Source: Burkholderiaceae bacterium
Lineage (GTDB): Bacteria; Pseudomonadota; Gammaproteobacteria; Burkholderiales; Burkholderiaceae_C
Length of the DNA: 64,000 bases
Direction of reading: 5' to 3'
Assembly (NCBI GenBank): GCA_038125525.1
Contig: JAYPEA010000005.1
Span: forward strand, 2,207-66,206
Part shown: positions 19,791-29,522 of the stretch, piece by piece
Layout: every line of letters starts with the position of its first letter
Position numbering within the stretch: position 1 is the first letter of the stretch
The notes under the pieces: generated by a model
Database searches by the model: none
Seen by the model: only the letters and a program-made list of their open reading frames with translations
Told to the model about the DNA's origin: nothing
Translations under genes and position numbers: made by a program

Positions 19791-20816
19791 ATGTTGCAAT
19801 CATCCACACATTGGTTGGCGCGTGGTGCCAAGCTCGCGGCGTTGGCCTCACTGGTCACACTTGCCGCCTGCGAGCGCCCCCCCATGCAAAGCGAACAAAA
19901 CGGCTTTCGTGGCACGGGCATGGTGCAAGTGGTCAACCCACGCGCGCTGGAGGACAAGGTTGCCTTAAACGCTGTGCCCATGGCCACGCCGCAGGCTCCG
20001 GCTGAGGGGCCCAAGGCCTCGCAGATTTACCAAAACGTGCAAGTGCTGGGCGACTTGAGCGTGGGCCAGTTCACCCGCTTAATGGTGGCCATTACCAGCT
20101 GGATTGCACCACAAGAGGGCTGTAACTACTGCCACAACCCGGCCAATTTGGCCGAGGACAGCAAGTACACCAAGGTGGTGTCGCGGCGCATGATTGAGAT
20201 GACGCAAAACATCAACGCCAACTGGAAGACCCACGTGGCCGACACCGGGGTGACGTGCTACACCTGTCACCGGGGCCAGGCGGTGCCGTCTCAGGTTTGG
20301 TTTAAAGCCGACCAAGAGCCCAAAGGCGCAAACTTTATTGGCGACAAAGCTGGGCAAAACAGTCCGGCAGCCAGCGTCAAGTTGGCCTCGTTGCCCAACG
20401 ACCCGTTTACGCCGTTTTTGCTGGGCGATCATGCCATTCGCGTGAATGGCACCACCGCCTTGCCCACGGGCAACCGCAGCTCAATTAAGCAAACCGAGTG
20501 GACGTATGGGTTGATGGTGCACATGTCGGCCTCGCTGGGGGTGAACTGCACGTACTGCCACAACACGCGAGCGTTTTCGAGCTGGGAGGACGCCGCGCCA
20601 CAACGCGTGAAGGCTTGGCACGGCATTCGCATGGCGCGCGACGTGAACAATCAATACATCGCGCCGCTCACCGAGGTGTTTCCGGCCAACCGCAAGGGCG
20701 TGTTGGGCGACTTGGCCAAGGTCAATTGCGCCACCTGCCATCAGGGCGTGAACAAGCCGTTGTTGGGCGCCTCTATGCTTAAAGACTACCCCTCGCTGGC
20801 CAGCGGGGCCAAGTAA
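19791..20816 (+). CDS. pufC: RC-bound tetraheme cytochrome c subunit
   Basis: Lipobox-like LAAC/ERPP; four CxxCH motifs (CNYCH, CYTCH, CTYCH, CATCH). Confidence 0.98.
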   Translation: MLQSSTHWLARGAKLAALASLVTLAACERPPMQSEQNGFRGTGMVQVVNPRALEDKVALNAVPMATPQAPAEGPKASQIYQNVQVLGDLSVGQFTRLMVAITSWIAPQEGCNYCHNPANLAEDSKYTKVVSRRMIEMTQNINANWKTHVADTGVTCYTCHRGQAVPSQVWFKADQEPKGANFIGDKAGQNSPAASVKLASLPNDPFTPFLLGDHAIRVNGTTALPTGNRSSIKQTEWTYGLMVHMSASLGVNCTYCHNTRAFSSWEDAAPQRVKAWHGIRMARDVNNQYIAPLTEVFPANRKGVLGDLAKVNCATCHQGVNKPLLGASMLKDYPSLASGAK

Positions 20817-20817
20817 A

Positions 20818-21567
20818 TTGACCGCCCACCCCTCCCCCACGGCGCCCGGCGACGGCGCACTGTCGGGGGTGGTGGTGGTGCTTTTGGTTGATTTTCATCC
20901 CGATCACCAAAGCTGGGGCTGGCGGCGCCTCATACGAGGCGGCGGTGTGTGGCGCGAGCAAGCCGGGGCAAGCTTTGCCAAGGTCATGGGCAGCGGTCAC
21001 GACGGCGGCTTCACCCTTCGCCCCAGCGCCAGCCATCAAGGCGTGCTGGCGTTGGTGCCCAACCAGGCCAGCGCCGACGCGTTGCTCGACAGTGAATTGG
21101 CGCAAGCCTACCGGCAGCGGGCGCGCCAATGGTGGGCTGGCATCATGACGATTCAATCGGCCCGCGGTAGCTGGGACGGGCACAACTGGCTGCCTTCGCC
21201 CGCGCAAAGTTTTGCCCAGCCGCTGACGCGACAAAAAATGCCGCTGGCGGTGCTCACCCGCGCCAGCATCAGGCCAGCCAAGGCGATGGCGTTTTGGCGT
21301 CATGCGCCGGCGGCGCAGTCTGACTTGCAAGGCAGCAACGGCTGCTTGTTGGCCATGGGGCTGGGCGAGGCGCCGCTGGTGCGGCAGTGTACGTTTAGCC
21401 TGTGGCGTGATACCCAAGCCATGGAGGACTACGCGCAAGACGGCGCGCACCAGCGCGCGGCGGCCGCCGCGTACAAAAACGACTTTTTCTCTGAGTCGCT
21501 GTTCGTGCGGCTGGGCTTGCTGAGCCAGCGCGGCGTATGGCGCCACCCTGCCCCAGCCCATGCCTGA
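20818..21567 (+). CDS. crtA: Spheroidene monooxygenase
   Basis: FAKVMGSG..GGF, LTRASIRP, GLGEAPLVRQCTFSLW, GAHQRA, FFSESLFVR; puf-crtA-D-C synteny. Confidence 0.88.
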   Translation: MTAHPSPTAPGDGALSGVVVVLLVDFHPDHQSWGWRRLIRGGGVWREQAGASFAKVMGSGHDGGFTLRPSASHQGVLALVPNQASADALLDSELAQAYRQRARQWWAGIMTIQSARGSWDGHNWLPSPAQSFAQPLTRQKMPLAVLTRASIRPAKAMAFWRHAPAAQSDLQGSNGCLLAMGLGEAPLVRQCTFSLWRDTQAMEDYAQDGAHQRAAAAAYKNDFFSESLFVRLGLLSQRGVWRHPAPAHA

Positions 21568-23098
21568 GACGCGCGTGGTGGTGGTGGGCGCGGGCGTGGC
21601 TGGCCTAAGCTGCGCGGCCGAGCTGGCGCACGCGGGCATGCGAGTCACGCTGTGCGAATCGGCGCCCACCGTGGGCGGCAAAATGCGCACGCTGCACGTG
21701 GATGGTGCGGCGATTGACGCCGGCCCCACCGTGATGACCATGCGCTGGGTGTTTGACGCGTTGTTTACGCGCTGTGGCCAGCGCTTGGGCGACGCCGTGA
21801 CGCTGCAGCCGCTACCGGTGCTGGCGCGGCACTTTTGGGGCGACGGCAGCACACTGGATTTGTTTGCCGATCGTCGTGCCAGCGAGGACGCCGTGGGCCG
21901 CTTTGCGGGTGCCGCTGAGGCGCGCCGCTTTGCCGCGTTTTGCCGCCAGGCCGCACAGGTGTACCGCGCACTCGAAGGGCCATACATACGCGCAGCCGCA
22001 CCCAGCATGGCGCAACTGACGCAGGCCATGGGCTGGCAAGGCCTAGCCAGCCTCACCCGCATTGGCCCCATGCGCAGCCTCATGAGCAGCTTGCAGCGTC
22101 AGCTGCACCACCCCAAACTGCAGCAATTGTTTGGCCGCTACGCCACGTACTGTGGCTCGTCTCCGTGGCAGGCGCCGGCCACGCTGATGCTGATTGCCGA
22201 AGTGGAAATGCAAGGCGTGTGGGCCGTGCAAGGCGGCATGGCCGCGCTGGCCGAGGCCCTAGCCACCTTGGCCACCAGCCAAGGCGTGGATTTGCGCTGC
22301 GCCACGGCGGTGCAACGCATTGAGCTTACGGGTGGACGCGTCAGCGGCGTACGACTGCAAGACGGCACCCGCCTTGAGGCCGACGCTGTGGTGTTTAACG
22401 GCGACCCCAATGCCCTACGCCAGGGCTTGTTGGGCGAGCCCGCGCGCGCCGCGGTGGAGCGCACGCCACCACCGCGCTCGCTCTCGGCCGTGACGTGGGC
22501 GGTACACACCGCCACGGCCGGCGTGGTGCTGGACAGGCACAACGTTTTTTTTGACGACGACTACGCCAGCGAATTTGAGGCGATTTTTGGCGCTGGGACG
22601 CTGCCGCCCAAACCTACGGTCTACCTGTGTGCCCAAGACCGTGGCGTGGGCAACGACCCAGCCCCAAGCCAAGCCGAACGCGCGCTGTGCCTGGTTAATG
22701 CACCGGCGCGCGGCGACTGGCCCGGCTGGCAGGAGGAGGACTGGCAAACATGCGAAGACCACACCATGAAACTGCTGCAACGCTGTGGCCTGCGCTGGCA
22801 GCCGCAGCCACACCAAATGCAGCGCTGCACACCGGTGACCTTTCACCAACGCTTTGCGGCCTCGGGCGGCGCCCTGTACGGCCAGGCCACGCATGGATGG
22901 ATGGCGGCGTTCAGCCGCCCGGGGGCGAGCAGTCCGATCGAGGGGTTGTTTTTAGCCGGGGGCAGCGTGCACCCGGGCCCGGGGGTGCCCATGGCGGCGC
23001 TGTCGGGACGACAGGCGGCCGCGGCCCTGATGGCCAGCCCCGCTTTGACCAAGCGGTTCCATCCGGTGGCTACCTCTGGTGGTACCTTGACGCACTAA
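21560..23098 (+). CDS. crtD: 1-hydroxycarotenoid 3,4-desaturase
   Basis: VVVGAGVAGL FAD motif, IDAGPTVMTMRWVF, FGRYATYCGSSP, HPGPGVPMAALSG. Confidence 0.95.
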   Translation: MPETRVVVVGAGVAGLSCAAELAHAGMRVTLCESAPTVGGKMRTLHVDGAAIDAGPTVMTMRWVFDALFTRCGQRLGDAVTLQPLPVLARHFWGDGSTLDLFADRRASEDAVGRFAGAAEARRFAAFCRQAAQVYRALEGPYIRAAAPSMAQLTQAMGWQGLASLTRIGPMRSLMSSLQRQLHHPKLQQLFGRYATYCGSSPWQAPATLMLIAEVEMQGVWAVQGGMAALAEALATLATSQGVDLRCATAVQRIELTGGRVSGVRLQDGTRLEADAVVFNGDPNALRQGLLGEPARAAVERTPPPRSLSAVTWAVHTATAGVVLDRHNVFFDDDYASEFEAIFGAGTLPPKPTVYLCAQDRGVGNDPAPSQAERALCLVNAPARGDWPGWQEEDWQTCEDHTMKLLQRCGLRWQPQPHQMQRCTPVTFHQRFAASGGALYGQATHGWMAAFSRPGASSPIEGLFLAGGSVHPGPGVPMAALSGRQAAAALMASPALTKRFHPVATSGGTLTH

Positions 23099-23958
23099 GC
23101 GACTGCGGCGGCTACGGCCTGAGCATCATTGCCTTTGTGGGCAGCGTGTTTTCGCCCTACTACGCGTGGGCGCAACGCCGCGGCGCGCGGCCCGATGCCA
23201 ACGATTACTGCTGCCTCAATGTGTCGCTGTACGGCCCGGCGCGCCGCTGGACCATGACCGAGCGCGGCGCGCGCTGGTGCGGGCGCGACGCCACGCGCTT
23301 TGAGTTGGGCCCCAGTGCGCTGCAATGGCACGGCGACCATTTGTCGATTGACATCAACGAGCGTGCCGTGCCGCTGCCGTGGCCGGTGCGCGGCCAAGTA
23401 CGGGTGTACCCCAAGCAGTTGTTTACGCTGAGCACACCCCTAGACGTACGCGGCGCGCACCGCTGGGGCCCCTTGGCGCCCAGCGCCCGCGTGGAGGTGG
23501 CGCTTGAGCAGCCAGCGCTGCGCTGGCAAGGGCAAGGCTACCTTGACAGCAACGAGGGCGACGAGCCGATTACGCAGGGCTTTGAGGCTTGGGACTGGTC
23601 ACGCTGCCAGCTGCGCGACGGCAGCAGCGCAGTGATTTACGACACCGAACCCTGGCTGGCCGATGGCAACGTATTGGCGCTGCGGTTTTTGCCCAACGGG
23701 CAGGTGGAGCCCTTTGCGCCACCGCCGCAGCAGCGCATGCGGCGCACCGCCTGGTGGATTGAGCGGCGCTTGCGCAGCGATTCAGCGGTGACGGTACGCG
23801 ACCAACTGGAGGACACGCCGTTTTATCAACGCGCGGTGGTGCAAAGCCAACTGCTGGGCGAGCCGGTCACGAGTTTTCACGAAACGCTGTATGTGCCGCG
23901 GCTGCGCTCATCGGTGGTGCAGGCCATGCTGCCTTGGCGCATGCCGCGCCGCTCGTGA
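22897..23958 (+). CDS. crtC: Carotenoid 1,2-hydratase
   Basis: PRFDQAVPSGGYLWWYLDALSD, FVGSVFSPYY, YLDSNEGDEP, WDWSR, EDTPFY. The start is uncertain; the N-terminus overlaps the crtD 3' end. Confidence 0.92.
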   Translation: MDGGVQPPGGEQSDRGVVFSRGQRAPGPGGAHGGAVGTTGGRGPDGQPRFDQAVPSGGYLWWYLDALSDCGGYGLSIIAFVGSVFSPYYAWAQRRGARPDANDYCCLNVSLYGPARRWTMTERGARWCGRDATRFELGPSALQWHGDHLSIDINERAVPLPWPVRGQVRVYPKQLFTLSTPLDVRGAHRWGPLAPSARVEVALEQPALRWQGQGYLDSNEGDEPITQGFEAWDWSRCQLRDGSSAVIYDTEPWLADGNVLALRFLPNGQVEPFAPPPQQRMRRTAWWIERRLRSDSAVTVRDQLEDTPFYQRAVVQSQLLGEPVTSFHETLYVPRLRSSVVQAMLPWRMPRRS

Positions 23959-24962
23959 GCCAAGCGCTCAAACAACTCAAGCATCCACGCCACACGCTGC
24001 TCGGGGTTGCGCTTGATACGCAAGCCCGCTGGCAGCGCATCGGGCAAATTGGGTGGAACCGTGTCCAGCAAAAACTGCACCGCCGCCGGCGCCTGGGGGG
24101 GCTCAACTGCCGCGCTTGAAGTGCTTTGCGCGTCAATCCACGCGCGGGTAAGCAGCCAGGCTTTGCGCGCGCGCGGCACCACGGCGCGGCGCGAGACCGA
24201 ATCCAAGCCGTGGCGCCTGACTTCGGCGCCGATTTCGGCGTACACCCAGCGCGCTGCCCAAATGGCTTGCCGGCAGTCCGGCGGCAGCGCCGCAATGCCG
24301 CTGCTGGCGCGGGCATAAAGTCGGTTGGCTTCGTCGAGCAAGCGCGCGGTGACGCGCTGCAACGGCGCCGAGGTATGCGTGCTGGCCAGCACGTCGGTGG
24401 CGCACAGCCCCTCTTGGGCTAGCCACTGCTCGGGCAAGTACACGCGCCCGCGTGCGGCGTCTTCGCCGACATCGCGCGCGATGTTGGTGAGCTGCATGGC
24501 CAGGCCCAGCTCAGCGGCGCGTGCCAGCGTGGCTTGGCTGCGCGCGCCCATCAGCCACGCCATCATGGTGCCCACACTGCCGGCCACACGCGCGGCGTAG
24601 GCGTGCACATCGTGCAGCGTGTCGTAGCGTCGGCCAGCGGCGTCCCAGGCAAAGCCCTCGAGTAAGGCATCGAGCCACGCACGCGGCAAGTCGTGGTGCT
24701 TGACCACCAACGCCAGCGCCTGGTCCTCCACAAAGTGGCGCGGCGTTTGCGCGTAAATGGCATCCAGCCTTTGCTGCAACAGCGTCAGCGCCAAGCGGCA
24801 GTCTTCGCCCTCGTCTACCAAATCATCGGCCACGCGGCAAAACGCGTACAACACCACCGCCGCGCTGCGCACCCGCGGCGGCAACCAACGGCTGGCGGCA
24901 AAAAAGGTTTTGGAGCCCCCGCGCATGAGCTCGAGGCAGGCCTGTAACTCGGGGGCCATCAT
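23877..24962 (-). CDS. crtB: Phytoene synthase
   Basis: GSKTFFAAS, LYAFCRVADDLVD, ARVAGSVG, AMQLTNIARDVGEDA; ATGA-coupled to crtI. Confidence 0.96.
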   Translation of the reverse strand: MMAPELQACLELMRGGSKTFFAASRWLPPRVRSAAVVLYAFCRVADDLVDEGEDCRLALTLLQQRLDAIYAQTPRHFVEDQALALVVKHHDLPRAWLDALLEGFAWDAAGRRYDTLHDVHAYAARVAGSVGTMMAWLMGARSQATLARAAELGLAMQLTNIARDVGEDAARGRVYLPEQWLAQEGLCATDVLASTHTSAPLQRVTARLLDEANRLYARASSGIAALPPDCRQAIWAARWVYAEIGAEVRRHGLDSVSRRAVVPRARKAWLLTRAWIDAQSTSSAAVEPPQAPAAVQFLLDTVPPNLPDALPAGLRIKRNPEQRVAWMLELFERLAHERRGMRQGSMACTTDERSRGTYSVS

Positions 24963-26515
24963 GCGGTAGCCCGCGCTTGCGCCTGTTGCCAAGCCTGTAC
25001 CGTGGGCACCACGGTTTGCAGGGCTTTAGCGGACATTAACACCCCCGGCACCCCGGCCCCGGGATGCGTGGCCGCGCCAACCAAGTACAGTCCTTGCACG
25101 TCCTCGCTGCGGTTGTGCGGCCTAAACCACGCACTTTGCAACAGCAGCGGCTCAAGGCCAAACCCCGCGCCTTTGTAGCTGGCCAAGCGGTCTTGAAAGT
25201 CCAGCGGCGTCATGAGGCGCGAGGTGGTGAGCCGAGCGCCCAAGCCGGGCAACACGGTGGCCTCGAGTCGCGCCTGAATCGCTTGCCGATATGTCTCGGC
25301 ATGGGTGCGCCAGTCGGTGCCGCTGTCTAGGTGTGGCACCGGCGACAACGCGTAAAACGTGTCGCACCCCGGTGGCGCCAGTGAGGGGTCGGTGGCGGTT
25401 GGGCGGTGCAGGTACAGGCTGAAATCGTCAGCCAAGTGCTTGCGCTTAAAAATATCGCGCAGCAGCCCGCGATAACGCGGCCCCAACACCAGCATGTGGT
25501 GTGGCACATCTTCGTAGCGGCGGTCGCAACCAAAGTACCAAACAAACAAGCCCATCGAGTAACGCCCGCGCTCGATGCGGCTGTCGCTCCAGTGGCGCCG
25601 GTGTTCGGGTCGAACCAGGTGCTTGTACGTCCAGGCCGAGTCGGCGTTGCTCACCACAATATCGGCGCTAAGCCGCTCGCCATTGGCCAGCCGTACCCCC
25701 GTGGCGCGACCGTCCTGCACCGTGATTTCGGCCACCCGCGCGTGGTAGCGAATCGGCACGCCGCGCTGCTGCAGCAAGTTCACCATACCGCGCACCAAGG
25801 CGCCGGTGCCGCCCATAACAGAGTGCACGCCCCAGCGCCGCTCAAGCGAGTGAATCAGCGCATACGCGCTGGTGACAGAAAACGGGTTGCCGCCAATGAG
25901 CAGGGTATGAAAGCTAAACGCAATGCGTAACTGCGGGTGCCGCAGGTGCTTGGCCACCACCCCATAGATGGTGCGCCACGCCTGCATGCGTGCAAAGCCG
26001 GGTAAGGCCTTAACCAAGTCAATCACGCGGTCAAACGCAATCGACCCCATGCCCTCAAAACCAATACGCCGGCAACGCTCGGCCACCTCAATCAAACGCC
26101 GAAACCCCTTGACGTCGCGCTTGTCAAACGTGGCAATTTGCCGCTCCATTTGCTCGTCGTTGGCGTTGTAGTCAAATACCCGCCCGTCGTCAAAACGAAT
26201 ACGGTAAAACGGGTCCATCAAACGCAAGTCCACGTCGTCTTGCAAGCGTCGGCCGCACAAGCGCCACAACTCTTCGAGCAAAAACGGCGCGGTGATGATG
26301 GTGGGGCCGGCGTCAAAGGTGTAGCCGTCTTGGGCAAACACGTAGGCACGTCCGCCGGGGCCGTCGAGTTGCTCGAGTACCTGCACCTCGTAGCCCATGA
26401 CGCTAAGCCGTATGGCCGCAGCCAAACCGCCAAAGCCGCTGCCAATCACCAGTGCACGCGGCACCGGCGTGCGCTCGCCACCTGCGCGCGACTCATCGGT
26501 GTAGTAAGCGTTCAT
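24959..26515 (-). CDS. crtI: Phytoene desaturase
   Basis: VIGSGFGGLAAAIRL, FDAGPTIITAP, THPGAGVPGVLMSAK; ATGA-coupled to puhE. Confidence 0.96.
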   Translation of the reverse strand: MNAYYTDESRAGGERTPVPRALVIGSGFGGLAAAIRLSVMGYEVQVLEQLDGPGGRAYVFAQDGYTFDAGPTIITAPFLLEELWRLCGRRLQDDVDLRLMDPFYRIRFDDGRVFDYNANDEQMERQIATFDKRDVKGFRRLIEVAERCRRIGFEGMGSIAFDRVIDLVKALPGFARMQAWRTIYGVVAKHLRHPQLRIAFSFHTLLIGGNPFSVTSAYALIHSLERRWGVHSVMGGTGALVRGMVNLLQQRGVPIRYHARVAEITVQDGRATGVRLANGERLSADIVVSNADSAWTYKHLVRPEHRRHWSDSRIERGRYSMGLFVWYFGCDRRYEDVPHHMLVLGPRYRGLLRDIFKRKHLADDFSLYLHRPTATDPSLAPPGCDTFYALSPVPHLDSGTDWRTHAETYRQAIQARLEATVLPGLGARLTTSRLMTPLDFQDRLASYKGAGFGLEPLLLQSAWFRPHNRSEDVQGLYLVGAATHPGAGVPGVLMSAKALQTVVPTVQAWQQAQARATA

Positions 26516-27312
26516 CCGCCCTCCGCCTTGGCTACGGCCAGCGGCTGCGTGCGCCCCATGGCCCAACCCCACAGCCGCTGCACCGGTGCGGCCAGCACCA
26601 TCAACACGTGCTCCACAATCGCCAACCCAAGCAACGACGCCAACAGCGTCCAGCCCGGCGTAACCTCAATGGCCGCAGCCTGCGCCTGCCATATGAGCCA
26701 CGCCAAGGTGGCCCCAGCCAAGCCCACCGAAACATAAAAAAACCAACTCGGCGGGCTGCTGCGAAAGTAACTACCCAAGTACACCAAGTGCGGCGGCAAA
26801 AACTGTGCACCCACTTGCGGCACGCCTAAAAACAAATTGATCTTGGCGCTAAAACGCATGCACCACAACACCGCAAAGGTGCACAGCGCGGTGTGATTGG
26901 GCAAGCCCTGCTGCAGTACCATCAGCACGGCAAAGTTAAGCACCAGCGCCACTTCGTGCCACGCCACGGCCGCCACGCCCTGGCGCCAACGCTGCCACCC
27001 CGCGGCGTGGCGCTCTTGCGGCTGGCGGCGCGGGCCGGTGAGCCAGCCGGTTAAAAACATCAACTCGTGCCATGCCCACATCACCATGGCGGCGCCAAAA
27101 CCAAGGTAAGCGTGGGCCGTGCCCACCGCTTGCATGGAGTGCCAGGCCAGCACCAGCGAGGCCAAGGCCAGCGCCGTAAGCCATAAATTGCTGCGACCAA
27201 AGGTGGGCTGGGCGCGTCGCACCAGCCACAAAATCACGCCTGTGCCCAGCCACCAGCTCGCCACCGCGAACAGTAAGGCCAGCCAGGGCGATTGCCACAC
27301 GGCACCGCTCAT
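26512..27312 (-). CDS. puhE: Photosynthetic complex assembly protein PuhE
   Basis: WWLGTGVILWL, WAWHELMFLTG, RFSAKINLFLGVP, LAIVEH. Confidence 0.9.
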   Translation of the reverse strand: MSGAVWQSPWLALLFAVASWWLGTGVILWLVRRAQPTFGRSNLWLTALALASLVLAWHSMQAVGTAHAYLGFGAAMVMWAWHELMFLTGWLTGPRRQPQERHAAGWQRWRQGVAAVAWHEVALVLNFAVLMVLQQGLPNHTALCTFAVLWCMRFSAKINLFLGVPQVGAQFLPPHLVYLGSYFRSSPPSWFFYVSVGLAGATLAWLIWQAQAAAIEVTPGWTLLASLLGLAIVEHVLMVLAAPVQRLWGWAMGRTQPLAVAKAEGG

Positions 27313-27316
27313 GCGT

Positions 27317-28432
27317 TCACCATGTAGGTTGCACCCGTACATGTGCCGGCAAGCGTTGCGATTTCACCGGCAAGCAATACACCCGAGCAAAAACCGCAGC
27401 GGCTTGAACGGCACACCAGCCCTGGCGCAGCTTACCCACCACACCGCCTTGCGCACGGGCCACAGCCATGCGGTTGTTTATTTCAACCAAGCGCGTCATG
27501 CCACGCCGAAACGCCGGATGGTCGGTGTCAATTTCCACCGGAAACACCTGCTTGGCAATGTCCGAGGTGATGCGAAACACGGTGTAATCGAATTCGGTGG
27601 GCGCCAAACCCATGGCCTGATGCATCGCCGGGCGCTGATGGTCGCGCACGTACATGGTGGCGTACACCGCCAAAATAAAAAACCGAATCCACCACAGGTT
27701 GTGGCCACGCAGCAACTTGGGGTTGGCGCGCATGATGAGGGCAAACGACTCGCCGTGCCGAAACTCGTCGTTGCACCAGCGCTCAAACCATTTAAATATC
27801 GGGTGAAAGCGCTTGTCCGGGTGGCGCTGCAACTGCCGGTAAATGGTGATGTAACGCGCGTAACCGATTTTTTCAGACAAATACGTGGCATAAAAAATAA
27901 ACTTGGGCTTAAAAAACGTATACCGCTTGGTGCGCTTGAGCTGACCCAAATCGACACCCAAGTCAAAGTCGCGTAACGACTGGTTGATAAACCCGGCGTG
28001 ACGGGACTCGTCACGCGCCATAAAGGTCATGAGCTTCTTAATATCGGGGTTGGTCACGTGCTTGCGCACCTCGTTGTACAAAATGCAGCCTGAGAATTCC
28101 GAGGTGAGTGAGCCGATTAAAAAGTCCAAAAACTCTTGCCGCAGCGCCGGCGGCAACTGCGCGACCTGCTGCTTGGCTTCGTGGGCAAAACCCGCGTCGC
28201 GCTGAAAGTGATCATGGTTGTTGTCGCCTTCGTACTCGGCCATCATGACGTCCCACTCAGCACGCACCGGCTCGACGTCAAGTTGATCCATCGCGGCGTA
28301 ATCGGTGGTGTAAAAGCGCGGGGCAATCACCGTGTCGTGCAAGGCCTTGGCTTGCGCATCGGCGGCGCTCTCTACCCGCGCCATTAAGTGCGCCAAGGGG
28401 TCATCGTCCAGCGTCATCGGTGCATGGCTCAT
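27317..28432 (-). CDS. acsF: Aerobic Mg-protoporphyrin IX monomethyl ester cyclase
   Basis: [40 protein letters not shown] di-iron motifs. Confidence 0.97.
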   Translation of the reverse strand: MSHAPMTLDDDPLAHLMARVESAADAQAKALHDTVIAPRFYTTDYAAMDQLDVEPVRAEWDVMMAEYEGDNNHDHFQRDAGFAHEAKQQVAQLPPALRQEFLDFLIGSLTSEFSGCILYNEVRKHVTNPDIKKLMTFMARDESRHAGFINQSLRDFDLGVDLGQLKRTKRYTFFKPKFIFYATYLSEKIGYARYITIYRQLQRHPDKRFHPIFKWFERWCNDEFRHGESFALIMRANPKLLRGHNLWWIRFFILAVYATMYVRDHQRPAMHQAMGLAPTEFDYTVFRITSDIAKQVFPVEIDTDHPAFRRGMTRLVEINNRMAVARAQGGVVGKLRQGWCAVQAAAVFARVYCLPVKSQRLPAHVRVQPTW

Positions 28433-28863
28433 CGCAGGTCTCCGTCGGGGTTGGGTGCTAGGGCGGCAAACTCGGCCCAATTACTCGGACCAAAACTCTC
28501 TAAGTCAATGCGGGTGTCGGTTGCGTCATCAGCCAGTTGCAAGCGGCTACCCTGGCGCCCCACCAGCTGGTAGGGGCCACCGGGCGGCAGGCCGTGCGCT
28601 GCGCGCGCGCGCGCCATGGTGCGAATCACACCGCGTACAAAGCCCTGCTCGCCTTGCCAGCGCCGCAGCACTTCGCCGGTGCCAGGCTCAATCGCCAACA
28701 CGCTGCCGTCAGCGGCTTGGTCAAACATCACCGGCCGTTGCCACTGCGCCGGCGCGGTATCTTGCGAGGCACCAGCGGCCACCCAAAGGGTCAGCGCCAA
28801 CAACGCCACAACCACAGTCAACATCCGCCAAGGCGGACCGCGGCGCGTGCGCATGGGGTTCAC
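28429..28863 (-). CDS. puhC: Photosynthetic complex assembly protein PuhC
   Basis: [24 protein letters not shown]; GTG start overlapping the puhB stop (alternative ATG 28854). Confidence 0.88.
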   Translation of the reverse strand: MNPMRTRRGPPWRMLTVVVALLALTLWVAAGASQDTAPAQWQRPVMFDQAADGSVLAIEPGTGEVLRRWQGEQGFVRGVIRTMARARAAHGLPPGGPYQLVGRQGSRLQLADDATDTRIDLESFGPSNWAEFAALAPNPDGDLR

Positions 28864-29522
28864 GACATCACCACCGTAGGCTGCTGCGCGTCGCCGCTGC
28901 GTGAGGCCTCGGGCTGCTCCCCCATGGACGCCACCACGTCCGGGTTGGCCACGCGCCACGCCTGCTGTAGCAGTTGGCTGACGCGCTGCACATCGGCCAC
29001 GCCGCGCAAACTGGGCTGGGGCTGCTTGAGTCGCCACGGACGCGCATGCGGCCACAAATGCAGCCAGCCCATACGGTCGTCACCGGCCAAGGCCAGCGAC
29101 ACGTCGCCCACGCCGTGTGCGCCATGGCGCACCGCTGCGCCGGCTAAGCGACGCAGCGGCAGGTTGAGCGTGAGCGTAAGCACAATGCCAATGCGCATGA
29201 CCACGCGCTTATTGGTTAGGGTGTACAGCGTGGTACGCGCACTCAACCACGCCCACCAGCACAACACACCCCACGCCACGAGCGCAAGCACGCCACTGAC
29301 GGCCAGCCCTTGCCAGTACGCCGCGGTGGTGGTAGCGACACCGGCGCTGGCCTGTAAGGCCAACATCGCCACCAAGTACAGCGCCACGCCACGCACATGA
29401 AACACCTGAGTGGCTAGGGTGCGCCACTCAGGCGCGCCTTGCCACAGCACGCGCTCATCAGCGGGCAGCGGCTCGGGCAAGCCCGGCGCGGCTTCAAACT
29501 CGTGCTCGTGCACCGTGCTCAT
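28860..29522 (-). CDS. puhB: Photosynthetic complex assembly protein PuhB
   Basis: HEFEAAPGLPEPLP, LWQGAP, YTLTNKRVVMRIGIVL, LWPHARPW. Confidence 0.93.
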   Translation of the reverse strand: MSTVHEHEFEAAPGLPEPLPADERVLWQGAPEWRTLATQVFHVRGVALYLVAMLALQASAGVATTTAAYWQGLAVSGVLALVAWGVLCWWAWLSARTTLYTLTNKRVVMRIGIVLTLTLNLPLRRLAGAAVRHGAHGVGDVSLALAGDDRMGWLHLWPHARPWRLKQPQPSLRGVADVQRVSQLLQQAWRVANPDVVASMGEQPEASRSGDAQQPTVVMS

